Counted from the first letter of the stretch, positions 44,649 through 55,395 are shown. The stretch: 60,056 nt of DNA from Acidimicrobiales bacterium (GCA_035651095.1 DASRGI010000089.1:1-60056), one strand, 5' to 3'. A program made the numbers and translations. The notes: generated by a model not told the origin, from the sequence alone.

Positions 44649-46337
44649 TCAGGGGAGGGGCAGCGGCGGGGGTTTGGGGGTGGTGGGCGTCGTCACCGGC
44701 GGGATGGTGACCTTCAGGGTGGTGGTCGTGACCTTGGGGATCGTCACCGTCGTCGTGGTGGTGAGGTGCGGGATGGTGACCGTCGTGGTCGTCACCGGTG
44801 GGACCGTGATGGTGGTCGACGTGCTGGGCCCCGGCGGCAGCGTCGGGATGGGTCCGATGACGGGCAGCGTGCTTGGCGTGGTCACGCTGACGCCGGGGAC
44901 GCTCACGAGCGTGGTCGTCGACCCCCCGGCTCCGCCACCCCCACCGCCACTACCGTCGCCCCCGGCGGCGCCCGCGGTCGGCGAGGTCGTGGCCGACGTG
45001 CCCCCGGTGGTCGTCGTGCCCGTGCCCGGGCCGCCGCTGCCGCCGCCGGCGATGGCACCGGTGCCCGCGCCGGCGCTCGGGGTCGGACCGGCGCCCTTGG
45101 TGCCCGGCCGGGCCGTGGACGTGCCCTCGACGTTGGCCGGCTTGGCGTTCGACACCAGTTGTCCGCTGAGGACCGGCACGTGCAGGTTGTGGGGCCCGCC
45201 GGCGGCGGCCACGCTCAGACTCACGCCCAGCGCGGCAGCCGTGGCCCGGCCCGCGCTGGCCAGCACCTCGGGTGCCAGGCGGGTCAGCCCGGCGAGCACG
45301 GGCGCCTCCACGAACCAGGCGATGGGCCCGTACGCCCACCGCAGCCGGCGAATGGAGATGCCGAGGAACGCTCGCACCATGCCCGGATCGAACTGCTCAC
45401 CCGACAGCTCGGCCAACCGCTCACGGGCCGCCTCCAGGCTCATGGGCTCGTTGTACGAACGGCGGGCGGTCATGGCCTCGAAGCTGTCTGCCACGGTCAC
45501 GATGCGGGCACCCAGGCAGATGTCCTCGCCCGCCAGCCCGTGGGGGTAGCCCTTGCCGTCGAAGCGCTCGTGGTGCTGCTCGACAGTCGGCGCCCACGGC
45601 CCCAGCCAGTCCCACAGCGGGTGGACGAGGCGGGCCCCGTCCATCGGGTGGCGCTGGATCTGCTCCCACGCCGCGGCGTCGAGGGCGCCGGTGCCTTCGA
45701 GGATCTCGACGGGCACGCTGACCTTGCCCACGTCGTGCAGCAGGGCGGCCCAGCGCAGCCGGTGGCGGTCGCGGGCCGACAGGGCCAGCTCCTCGGCCAG
45801 GAGGTCGGTGTAGGCGCGCACCCGTTCGGAGTGTTTGCGGGACGGGCGGTGGTGGGTCGTCAGCGCGGCGACGAGGGTGAGGATGTTCTCGGCCGTCTCC
45901 GCCGGGTCGCCTTCCAGTCCGATCCTGTTGGCCGCCTCCACGTGCTCCCGGATGTGCTTGCCCGACCCGCTCTGGAGCGCCAGCTTGAACCGGGACGGGG
46001 CGCGCTGGGGGAACAGCAGCGACAGTTCGAGCAGGACGGCGATGGGCAGCAGGCGCCGTGTCAGCCGGTCGGCCAACCGCAGGGCGACGGCGGACACGGC
46101 CAGCACCGACACCCACCACGCCAGCGTGGCGACTCCGGTATGGGGGCGGGGGAGCAGCGTGCCGAAGCCGATGCCGGCGGCCACGCTTGCCGCAAACGGC
46201 AGGACGGCGACGACGACCCGCAGTACGACGGCGAGGGCGCGATGGTCCTGCCAGTGGCCTTCGCCGTGCGGAGTGGCCGCGCCGGGCTCCCCTCCCATGC
46301 ACCCTTCTCGGCAGTGCGGCCGCCGACGTGAGTGCAC
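44649..46337 (-). CDS. membrane-associated HD-GYP domain protein with Gly/Thr/Pro-rich repetitive C-terminus
   Basis: N-terminal TM helices, then HSERV..AALLHDVGK..RHP..HHERFDGKGYP (HD-GYP signature). After another hydrophobic segment comes ..TTTTVTIPHLTTTTTVTIPKVTTTTLKVTIPPVTTPTTPKPPPLPLP. The start could be 46337 or 46298. Confidence 0.75.
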   Translation of the reverse strand: MHSRRRPHCREGCMGGEPGAATPHGEGHWQDHRALAVVLRVVVAVLPFAASVAAGIGFGTLLPRPHTGVATLAWWVSVLAVSAVALRLADRLTRRLLPIAVLLELSLLFPQRAPSRFKLALQSGSGKHIREHVEAANRIGLEGDPAETAENILTLVAALTTHHRPSRKHSERVRAYTDLLAEELALSARDRHRLRWAALLHDVGKVSVPVEILEGTGALDAAAWEQIQRHPMDGARLVHPLWDWLGPWAPTVEQHHERFDGKGYPHGLAGEDICLGARIVTVADSFEAMTARRSYNEPMSLEAARERLAELSGEQFDPGMVRAFLGISIRRLRWAYGPIAWFVEAPVLAGLTRLAPEVLASAGRATAAALGVSLSVAAAGGPHNLHVPVLSGQLVSNAKPANVEGTSTARPGTKGAGPTPSAGAGTGAIAGGGSGGPGTGTTTTGGTSATTSPTAGAAGGDGSGGGGGGAGGSTTTLVSVPGVSVTTPSTLPVIGPIPTLPPGPSTSTTITVPPVTTTTVTIPHLTTTTTVTIPKVTTTTLKVTIPPVTTPTTPKPPPLPLP

Positions 46338-46593
46338 GAGGTGGGGCTGATGGTCCTACGACCTGCCGGACCTGCCTAGGACTCGGCCAGCTCCACGGGC
46401 CGGACCTCGTAACCCTCGGCCCGCCATTCGTCGACGGCGTCGGCCGCGCCGGCGCCGGAGAGGATCACGACCACCCGCCCGTCCGCCGCGAGCACCGCCA
46501 ACGCCGTCTGGACTGCGATGTCGAGTGCGACCATGCCGACTCACTCGGCGTCCGCCCGCTCGCGCTTGAGTCCTCGCGTGCTAGGGATGCGAG

Positions 46594-47526
46594 ATGGGAG
46601 CGGGCGACACGAGGTGGCGGGGCCAACCGGGGCGGGTGGAGGTGTGGTACGCCACCTTCACCGGGGGCTGGATCCACTACGAACTGGTGTCGCCTGCCAG
46701 CGACGCCGATGGGGCCTATGGCCATGGCTGGGTGGCCATGTTCCCGCCCGGGCGGGCGCCCGCGGTGGCCCGGTTCGGGCCGTCTTCGGTCCTGGTGGGC
46801 AGTGAGCCCTGGTTCGCGGCGGGACCGTACCGGGCCGACGCCGGCACGCTGGCCGGCGACACGTGGTCGCTCACCTACACGACCGATGCGCCGCCCCTCT
46901 GGACCTTTCCGCGGTGGGCGTGGGAACGGGAGTCGCTGCCCGGGGCCCAGGTGGTGGTATCGCCCTCGGCCACCTTCGACGGCTGGGTGGAGGTAGGGGG
47001 CGAACGCTTCGAGGTCCGGGCCGAACCGGGCGCCCTGGCCCACATCTACGGCCACGGCAACGCCCAACGCTGGGCCTGGCTGCACGCCGACCTCGGTGAC
47101 GGCGACGTGCTGGAGATCGTGGCCGCCGTCTCCCGGCGCCCCGCTCTGCGCCGCCTGCCGCCGCTGGCTCTGGTGCAGTTGCGGGCCGGGGGCGAGGACT
47201 GGCCCCGCGACCCGCTGGCCGTGGCTCCCCTGTTCCGCACCCGGATCGGCCTGCCTCGCTGGTCCGTGAAGGGAACGGTCGGTCGCCGCCGCCTCCGGGT
47301 CGACGTCAACGTGCCCCCGGCCGCGTCGGTCACCCTCGACTACACCGACCCCGATGGTGCCGCGGCCGAGTGCAGCAACAGCGAGCGGGCCGACGCCCGC
47401 ATCCGGGTGCAGCGCTGGGCCCGGGGCCGGGGATGGCGCACCGAGCGGGAGTGGAACCTGGCCGGCACGGCCCACGCCGAGGTGGGCCTGCGCGACGAGG
47501 TGGGCCTGCGCGACGAGCGCGGCTAG
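46594..47526 (+). CDS. hypothetical Trp-rich protein (possibly tocopherol-cyclase/AttH-like beta fold)
   Basis: 310-aa ORF with good GC3 bias. ..AHIYGHGNAQRWAWLHADLGDG.. is reminiscent of that fold, but this is a weak call. It ends with a duplicated EVGLRD EVGLRD. Confidence 0.45.
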   Translation: MGAGDTRWRGQPGRVEVWYATFTGGWIHYELVSPASDADGAYGHGWVAMFPPGRAPAVARFGPSSVLVGSEPWFAAGPYRADAGTLAGDTWSLTYTTDAPPLWTFPRWAWERESLPGAQVVVSPSATFDGWVEVGGERFEVRAEPGALAHIYGHGNAQRWAWLHADLGDGDVLEIVAAVSRRPALRRLPPLALVQLRAGGEDWPRDPLAVAPLFRTRIGLPRWSVKGTVGRRRLRVDVNVPPAASVTLDYTDPDGAAAECSNSERADARIRVQRWARGRGWRTEREWNLAGTAHAEVGLRDEVGLRDERG

Positions 47527-49049
47527 AGCGGCGGGAGGTGCGTGAGGTACGCGGGCAGGTGCACGTTGAGCAGGGCCAGGGTGCGCCGGAGCATCACCAC
47601 CGCGGCTTCGTGCACGTCGGGGGCCAACGTCGTTACCCGGACGTGCTCGCACACGGCGTCGGCCAGCCGTACGAGGTGCGACGGATCGCGCCGCGCCACC
47701 GTCTCGTCCACCGCCTCGGGCAGGGAGTCGAGCAGCAGCAACAGTGACCGCAGGTCGCCCGGTCGGGCGGCCGTGGCCGTCGCCGCGCCGGCCGGGTTCG
47801 ACAGCACGCGCATCAGCGAGGCGAAGCGCGGCAAGGTCTTGGACCACAGCTCGCCTTCGTCCCACACCAGGTCGCGCATTCGGGGCACGCGCAGGAAGTG
47901 GTACTTCACCAGGGCGACGGCCAGTTGCTCGCAGACCTCTTCCTCGAACGGGTCCAGGTCGGCGTGCCACGACGCCCGGAACCGGTCCGCCACCGAATCG
48001 AGCAGCCCGTCCACGTCCACCACGTCGTCGCCTCGCGAACTCATCTTGCGGGTGCCCAGGCTGACCATGCCGTGATAGACGGCCTCGGTGTCGCCGGCCA
48101 GGCGAGCCATGCCGAAGCGGCGAACCACCTCGACGAGGCCCGGGAACGTGTCGGCGTACTCCCGGCCCATGAGGAACAGGAACCGAGCGCCGGGCGCCAG
48201 CTCGTGGCGACGGATCGACGCGCCCAGGTAGTACGCGTGCAACAGGGGACTGCCGTCGGCGCGCAGCAGCGTGACCGGGTGCTCGCCGTCGTCAGTGAGG
48301 TCGGCGTACACCGACCCGTCATCGCGTACGTGGCAGGTCCGCCCCAGCTGCGCGGCGATGGCCGCCTTGGCCAACGGGATGGTGTCGCCCTCTCGCAGGG
48401 TCACGTCGAAGGCGGTGCCCAGCCGGGTGTACGTCTGGCGGATGCCCTCGAATGCGGCCGCCGTCACGGCCCGGTTGTGGGCGAGGAGCGCGGGATCGCC
48501 CGCCTCCAACCCGGCCGCCACCTGGGCCAGGGCGTCGTCGTCGAGGCCCGGTTGGAAGCTCACGTAGAAGTCCTGCACGGCGTGGTCGAGCTTCCGACTG
48601 GACGACACCAGCGACGGCGTGCCCGCCCGCTGGTAGCCGAGGACGGCCTTGGCGATGTGCCGGCCCCAGTCGCTGGGCTGGTCGCTGCGGACCACGTGCC
48701 AGCCGGTGGCGGCCAGCACGTGGGCGAGGGCCATACCCATCACGTTGGTGCGCAGATGGCCGAGGTGGAGGGCCTTGTTGAGGTTGGGACAGGAGAACTG
48801 CACCTGCACCATGCGTCCGTCGCCCCGGTTGGTGCAGCCGTACGTCGCCCGGCTCCCGAGGATGCCGGCGACCACGCTCGAGCGCAGGGTGTCGAGGGCG
48901 GGCGTGACATACACGTTGGGCGGCACGGGGACGGCCCGGTCCACCTCGGGGAGCAACGCCAACCGCCGGGCCTCTCCCGCGCACGCGTCCCTGTCCATGC
49001 CCACGCCGACCTTGAAGTCGCCGAGGGCGCGCTTGTCGCACGCGAGCAC
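47523..49049 (-). CDS. divergent arginyl-tRNA synthetase-like protein (class I aaRS paralog)
   Basis: VQFSCPNLNKALHLGHLRTNVMGMALAHVL..SDQPSDWGRHI (ArgRS-type HIGH region and DWG motif), ..LGTRKMSSRGDDVVDVDGLLD.. (the MSTR-type KMSKS equivalent), and a helical DALR-like C-terminus. The N-terminal add-on domain is short or absent. Confidence 0.65.
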   Translation of the reverse strand: MLACDKRALGDFKVGVGMDRDACAGEARRLALLPEVDRAVPVPPNVYVTPALDTLRSSVVAGILGSRATYGCTNRGDGRMVQVQFSCPNLNKALHLGHLRTNVMGMALAHVLAATGWHVVRSDQPSDWGRHIAKAVLGYQRAGTPSLVSSSRKLDHAVQDFYVSFQPGLDDDALAQVAAGLEAGDPALLAHNRAVTAAAFEGIRQTYTRLGTAFDVTLREGDTIPLAKAAIAAQLGRTCHVRDDGSVYADLTDDGEHPVTLLRADGSPLLHAYYLGASIRRHELAPGARFLFLMGREYADTFPGLVEVVRRFGMARLAGDTEAVYHGMVSLGTRKMSSRGDDVVDVDGLLDSVADRFRASWHADLDPFEEEVCEQLAVALVKYHFLRVPRMRDLVWDEGELWSKTLPRFASLMRVLSNPAGAATATAARPGDLRSLLLLLDSLPEAVDETVARRDPSHLVRLADAVCEHVRVTTLAPDVHEAAVVMLRRTLALLNVHLPAYLTHLPPL

Positions 49050-49105
49050 CAGCGCATCGCCGCCGAGAATCCGGGCCAGCGCGCGCGCCGCCGGGCGACC
49101 GTCGC

Positions 49106-50293
49106 TCAGTGTTCGCCCTCGTGGAAGGACGGGAGCAGCGCGGCGTCCATGCGGGCCCGGAGATACCGGACCCCGGCCGTTCCGCCCGTGCCCGGAACCT
49201 CACCGATCAGCCGGCTGGCGACGGCCAAGTGCGTGCGCTTCCACTGGAGCCACTCGTGGTCGAGCTCGGCGCCGGCTCGGAGGAGCCGGGCCTGGCTCGA
49301 GGGGCCGAGGCGGGTGGCGGTGTCCTGTATGGCGCCGTCCAGCGGCGTGTCGTCGAGGACGCACAGGGCTTCGATGGCCGTGAAGGTCTGCGACTGCAAG
49401 CCGCTGGCCCCCTCCGTGAACTGGCGGATCACGGCAAAGCGCTCCCTGGGCATGGTGGCGAGGATCCGGAAGAATGGCATGGCGCGGCCGAGCGCGACCC
49501 GAGCGGCTTCGAGCCGCTCGATGCCGGCGCCGCTGTCACCTGCCGCCAGGGCGTCGCGCGCCGCCGTCGCCGCCCGGAGCACGACGCCGAAGGCCGTCTC
49601 GAAGAGTTGGAGCACCCGCAGGAACATGATCTCGTCGGGCACGTCGGTCGACGGCACCACGGCCAGGCGGGCGAAGCGGTGGACGCCGAGGGGCACCACG
49701 GCGAGGAAGCGTTCGGCCAGGCGCTGAGCGGCTTCGGCCTCGGCGGTGCCCCGCGGCGACCGGGCCACCGGCCACAGGGGTGCGACCTCGTCCCGGTCGA
49801 GGAGGTCCGCCCGGTTGTGGGTGAGGATGGTGGCGATGGTCGAGACCCGCCGAGCCCGCAGGCGGTCACCGTGCTCGAGCACGGCCGTGCTCTCGCCCAG
49901 CAGGAGGTCGGCCAGGAGGATGGTCGTGAGCACATCGGCGCTGACCGACGCCCGCACCAGGTCCTCGTACAGGCGGGTCCCGACGTACGTGGCGTAGGTG
50001 CAATCCCGGCGGTGGGCATCGACGAGCATGGGGAGCCAGCGCCCGAGGAACCACGTCCACGACGGCACATGGCCGGGTCCAACCGTGAATGATTGCTCGA
50101 TCGAATCGAGCAATTCCAGGCAATGGATGTCGGCGTTCGCCCGGCCTCGTTCCCAGAAATGCCCCGCGACAGTGGCCGCAGGAAATGCCGCGCATGCACC
50201 CTCCGACGGGAGCACCGTTCCTCTGGCCATGGCCCATTCGTGCCAGGCGCGAACGGCGTCCGACGCGCTGGTCACGAGGCGTTGCTCGCGCAC
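49106..50293 (-). CDS. tryptophan 2,3-dioxygenase-superfamily heme protein with an N-terminal extension of about 170 aa
   Basis: ..PDEIMFLRVLQLFETAF.., ..FAVIRQFTEGASGLQSQTFTAIEAL.., ..WKRTHLAVASRLIGEVPGTGGTAGVRYL.. match the three TDO signature blocks. The proximal His is kept and the distal His position reads Leu. The start is uncertain: GTG 50293, GTG 50275 or ATG 50230. Confidence 0.6.
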   Translation of the reverse strand: MREQRLVTSASDAVRAWHEWAMARGTVLPSEGACAAFPAATVAGHFWERGRANADIHCLELLDSIEQSFTVGPGHVPSWTWFLGRWLPMLVDAHRRDCTYATYVGTRLYEDLVRASVSADVLTTILLADLLLGESTAVLEHGDRLRARRVSTIATILTHNRADLLDRDEVAPLWPVARSPRGTAEAEAAQRLAERFLAVVPLGVHRFARLAVVPSTDVPDEIMFLRVLQLFETAFGVVLRAATAARDALAAGDSGAGIERLEAARVALGRAMPFFRILATMPRERFAVIRQFTEGASGLQSQTFTAIEALCVLDDTPLDGAIQDTATRLGPSSQARLLRAGAELDHEWLQWKRTHLAVASRLIGEVPGTGGTAGVRYLRARMDAALLPSFHEGEH

Positions 50294-50316
50294 CCTCCAC
50301 ACCCCCCCGTTCCTGA

Positions 50317-52467
<2,151 letters not shown>

Positions 52468-52485
52468 TTCCCAGCCCATCCCTTC

Positions 52486-52530
52486 TCTCGTTGCGTTTTC
52501 TCTCGGTAGGCGAGCGTCAGCGCAACGAGA
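52486..52530. terminator. hairpin between convergent thiC and esterase genes
   Basis: TCTCGTTGCG (52486-52495) pairs with CGCAACGAGA (52521-52530), with an inner CTCG/CGAG stem. The reverse complement of the right arm (CCGTTCTCGTTGCG) resembles the 19-mer family. Confidence 0.45.
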
Positions 52531-52538
52531 ACGGCTCG

Positions 52539-52575
52539 GGGGGTGGCTCAGAGGGGGTGGCTCAGAGGGGGTGGC
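52539..52575. repeat. 14-bp tandem repeat (about 2.6 units) covering the esterase stop codon
   Basis: gggggtggctcaga / gggggtggctcaga / gggggtggc. The esterase stop (tca, 52562-52564) lies in unit 2. Confidence 0.9.
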
Positions 52576-53482
52576 CGGCGCGTTTCATGCCCCGCGACAC
52601 CATGCCGAACGGGAGGTTGTCGGCCCGCTCGACGTTGTGCCAGGGGCGGCCCAGGAAGTCGATCAGCGCCGGGAACTGCGACGCCACCCAGCCCCAGTCG
52701 TGGCCGCCGGGCGTGATGGTGAGCGTGGCCGGGACGTGGTGCTCGTCGAGGAGGGCCTTGAACCGCTGCGACTCGCCGGTGACCACGGACTCCTCGTCGT
52801 GGTCGCCGCTCAGCAGGAGGACGCGCAGGCGCCGGGCCACGGCCACGTGCTGGTCCGGGCTGTTGGCGGCGACGACGGCAGGGTCCTTGCCGAACATGCC
52901 GTCGGGGTCGTCGACGTGGAAGTACCCGGCCATGGACACGACCTGGCCGAACACGTCGGGATGGCGCAGGGCCAGGTTCATGGCGCCGTACCCGCCCATG
53001 GAGAAGCCGGCGATGGCCCGGTGCCGGCGGTCGCGCAGGTGGGGACCTTCCACCGCGGGGATCACGTGCTTCAGCACGAACGTCTCCAGCAGATCCTGGC
53101 CGTCCTTGGCGTCGGCCCACTCGGTGTCGAGCCGGGTGGTGCCGTTGCCGTCGGGCGCCGCCACGATGAACGGCGTACCGTCCCGGGCCAGGTTGGCGGC
53201 CAGGGCGGCGGCCAGGCCGTGGTCGAAGACGTCGCCGGCTTGCCCGGGCACGCCGTGCAGGAAGTAGAGGACGGGCAGCGTCCGCACGTTGCGAACGTGG
53301 GGCTTCCACACCCACACGTCCCGGGGGCCACGGCCCTTCTCGGGCGACGGCACGTGCAGCACCTCGACGCCCACCGGCGGCGTCGCCTCCTCGTTGAAGT
53401 AGCGAGCCATCACCGCGCCGTTCAACCCCAGAAGGGCGACACACGTGGCGCCCATGACCGGGAGGAGGCGGTGGCGGAGCAC
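52562..53482 (-). CDS. secreted alpha/beta-hydrolase esterase (esterase D / PF00756-like)
   Basis: 306 aa with a signal-like N-terminus. ..LPVLYFLHGVPG.., nucleophile elbow GFSMGGYGA, ..LLLSGDHDE.., ..GGHDW... Confidence 0.7.
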   Translation of the reverse strand: MLRHRLLPVMGATCVALLGLNGAVMARYFNEEATPPVGVEVLHVPSPEKGRGPRDVWVWKPHVRNVRTLPVLYFLHGVPGQAGDVFDHGLAAALAANLARDGTPFIVAAPDGNGTTRLDTEWADAKDGQDLLETFVLKHVIPAVEGPHLRDRRHRAIAGFSMGGYGAMNLALRHPDVFGQVVSMAGYFHVDDPDGMFGKDPAVVAANSPDQHVAVARRLRVLLLSGDHDEESVVTGESQRFKALLDEHHVPATLTITPGGHDWGWVASQFPALIDFLGRPWHNVERADNLPFGMVSRGMKRAGHPL

Positions 53483-53496
53483 AGGGGCGGTCGGGC

Positions 53497-55395
53497 CTAC
53501 GACGGCTTGGCGTCCATGCCCACGATGGGCCGGGTGAGCGGCAGGTGGGCCGCCGAACCGAGGAACTTGGCTGCGCCGAAGCTGTAGAGCATGCCGTCCC
53601 GGCCGACCATGCGGTACCCGTTGCCGCTGGTGCCGATGGCCGTCACCGCTGCCGCATTCACGCCGCCCGCGGCCGACCCGTAGAACGGCGCACTGCCGAA
53701 GCTGAAGATGCCGCCGTCGGTGGCCACCAGGCGGTAGCCGGACCCGTCGGCCGTCGGGTCCATGGAGACGATGGGCTGGTTGAGGCGCTGGCCGCCCATG
53801 GATCCGTAGAAGGGAGCGTTGAAGCTGAACATGCCGCCGTCGCTCGCCACCATCCAGTAGCCGCCCGTGCTGCGGTTGGCGGCCATGCCCACCACCGGCT
53901 GGTTGAGGCGGGTGCCGCCCATCGAGCCGTAGAAGCGGGCCGACCCGAAGGCGAAGATGCCGCCGTCCGATGCCACCATCCAGTAGCCCTTGCCGTCGGG
54001 CGCCGGAGCCATGCCCACGATGGGCTTGTTCAAGGGCTGGCCGCCCATCGAGCCGTAGAAGCGGGCCGACCCGAAGGCGAAGATGCCGCCGTCCGACGCC
54101 ACCATCCAGTAGCCCTTGCCGTCGGGCGCCGCGGTCATGGCCACGATGGGCTTGTTCAAGGGCTGGCCCCCCATCGAACCGAAGAACCCGGCCGAGCCGA
54201 AGGCGAAGATGCCGCCGTCGCTGGCGACCATCCAGTAGCCGTCGCTCCCGCCAGGTGACTGGCCGGCCGCCATCACCCGCTGCACGTCGGCCCGCAGGTT
54301 GGGGAGGAAGTTGTAGGCGAAGTCACCCGGGCAGCTGGTCTGGTCGACATCTCGGTGCCCGACGATGGTCCACAGCAGGATGGGTTGGCCTTCGGGGAAG
54401 CGGGAGCCGTCGAAGGCGGCCGGAGTCACGGTGAGCTGGCCGGTGGGATTGGCGTTGTGCACCGCCATCTTCCAGGCCAGCAGGTTCACCAGCGCGTTGT
54501 ACGTGGCCGCGGGGACCGCCGTCGACTCGAAGGAACCGATGAGCGACGTGCCCACGCTCTGGTAGTTGAACCCGCCGGCGTGGGCGCCGACGACGGCGCG
54601 GGTGATGCCGCCGGCCCGGCCCTCCCACACGCCGCCGAAGCGGTCGATCAGGAAGTTGTACCCGATGTCGCACCAGCCGTTGGTGAAGACGTGGAAGCGC
54701 CAGATGCTGTTGATGATGGCGGGGACGTCCGCGGGTGCGTAGCTGTTGGCCGTGTCGGTGTGGTGGACGACGGCGTAGTTGACGGTGGGCGCGTAGTCGG
54801 GCGAGTCGCACCCGTCGTGGTTGGACTGCCAGGCCTCGGGCTGGCCCCAGTCGGTGCGGGGGTGGATGCTGGGTGAGGCGGGGGCGGCCGCCGCGGCGTT
54901 GGTCGACAGGGCCGGCTGCTCGACGGTGGCGTGCACGGCGTGGACGGTGACGTCGCGAAGGGGCTCGGTGTGCTGAGCATCGTTGGGTACGCGCACCTGC
55001 AGGTCGTGCACGCCGTGACCCACCCAGATGGGGCCGGCCGACGTGATGCCCTTGTCCTCTCGGGTGCCCTGGTCAGGGCCCTCGGCGGGGTTGCCGGTAA
55101 GGGTGGTCCAGTCCGACCAGCCGCTCGCCGTCTTCGTACGCAACTCGACGTCACCCACCACCGCGCCCCTCCACGTGACGCCCACCAGTTCGGTGCTGGC
55201 GGCGGTGTGGAAGGTCCGCGACCAACCCTTGGGCGCGAGCCCGGCGGTGACGAGGCGTTCGATGGCGGAGCGGACCGACGGGCGGGAGGCGGGCGTGACC
55301 GCACCGGTGCTGATGGCGGACAAGGCCACGACCAGCACGGCCACCGGGATGGCCGCCCGAGCGCGGCGCCGCCGAGGCCGCGGGGTGGACTGCAT
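53497..55395 (-). CDS. secreted N-acetylmuramoyl-L-alanine amidase (PGRP/amidase_2) fused to six ~41-aa repeats
   Basis: ATG at 55395 (M33 of the track ORF) and a signal peptide. ..YAVVHHTDT..WCDIGYNFLIDRFGGVWEGR..GAHAGGFN..VGHRDV..TSCPG.., then 6 x GYWMVASDGGIFAFGSA.FYGSMGG..LN.PIVGM. Confidence 0.8.
   Translation of the reverse strand: MQSTPRPRRRRARAAIPVAVLVVALSAISTGAVTPASRPSVRSAIERLVTAGLAPKGWSRTFHTAASTELVGVTWRGAVVGDVELRTKTASGWSDWTTLTGNPAEGPDQGTREDKGITSAGPIWVGHGVHDLQVRVPNDAQHTEPLRDVTVHAVHATVEQPALSTNAAAAAPASPSIHPRTDWGQPEAWQSNHDGCDSPDYAPTVNYAVVHHTDTANSYAPADVPAIINSIWRFHVFTNGWCDIGYNFLIDRFGGVWEGRAGGITRAVVGAHAGGFNYQSVGTSLIGSFESTAVPAATYNALVNLLAWKMAVHNANPTGQLTVTPAAFDGSRFPEGQPILLWTIVGHRDVDQTSCPGDFAYNFLPNLRADVQRVMAAGQSPGGSDGYWMVASDGGIFAFGSAGFFGSMGGQPLNKPIVAMTAAPDGKGYWMVASDGGIFAFGSARFYGSMGGQPLNKPIVGMAPAPDGKGYWMVASDGGIFAFGSARFYGSMGGTRLNQPVVGMAANRSTGGYWMVASDGGMFSFNAPFYGSMGGQRLNQPIVSMDPTADGSGYRLVATDGGIFSFGSAPFYGSAAGGVNAAAVTAIGTSGNGYRMVGRDGMLYSFGAAKFLGSAAHLPLTRPIVGMDAKPS
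53500..54240 (-). repeat. six tandem ~123-126-bp coding repeats; units 1-3 are nearly identical at the DNA level
   Basis: Protein units of 42, 42, 42, 41, 40 and 40 aa. Strings such as ccgaaggcgaagatgccgccgtccga.gccaccatccagtagcccttgccgtcgggcgcc recur. Confidence 0.85.

Noticed and set aside
46377-46535. 52-aa minus-strand ORF (MVALDIAVQTALAVLAADGRVVVILSGAGAADAVDEWRAEGYEVRPVELAES) upstream of the HD-GYP gene.
   Set aside because: It has only a weak SD and no signal or family motif. It could equally be a remnant of a methyltransferase-like C-terminus or a chance open frame, so I did not list it as a feature.
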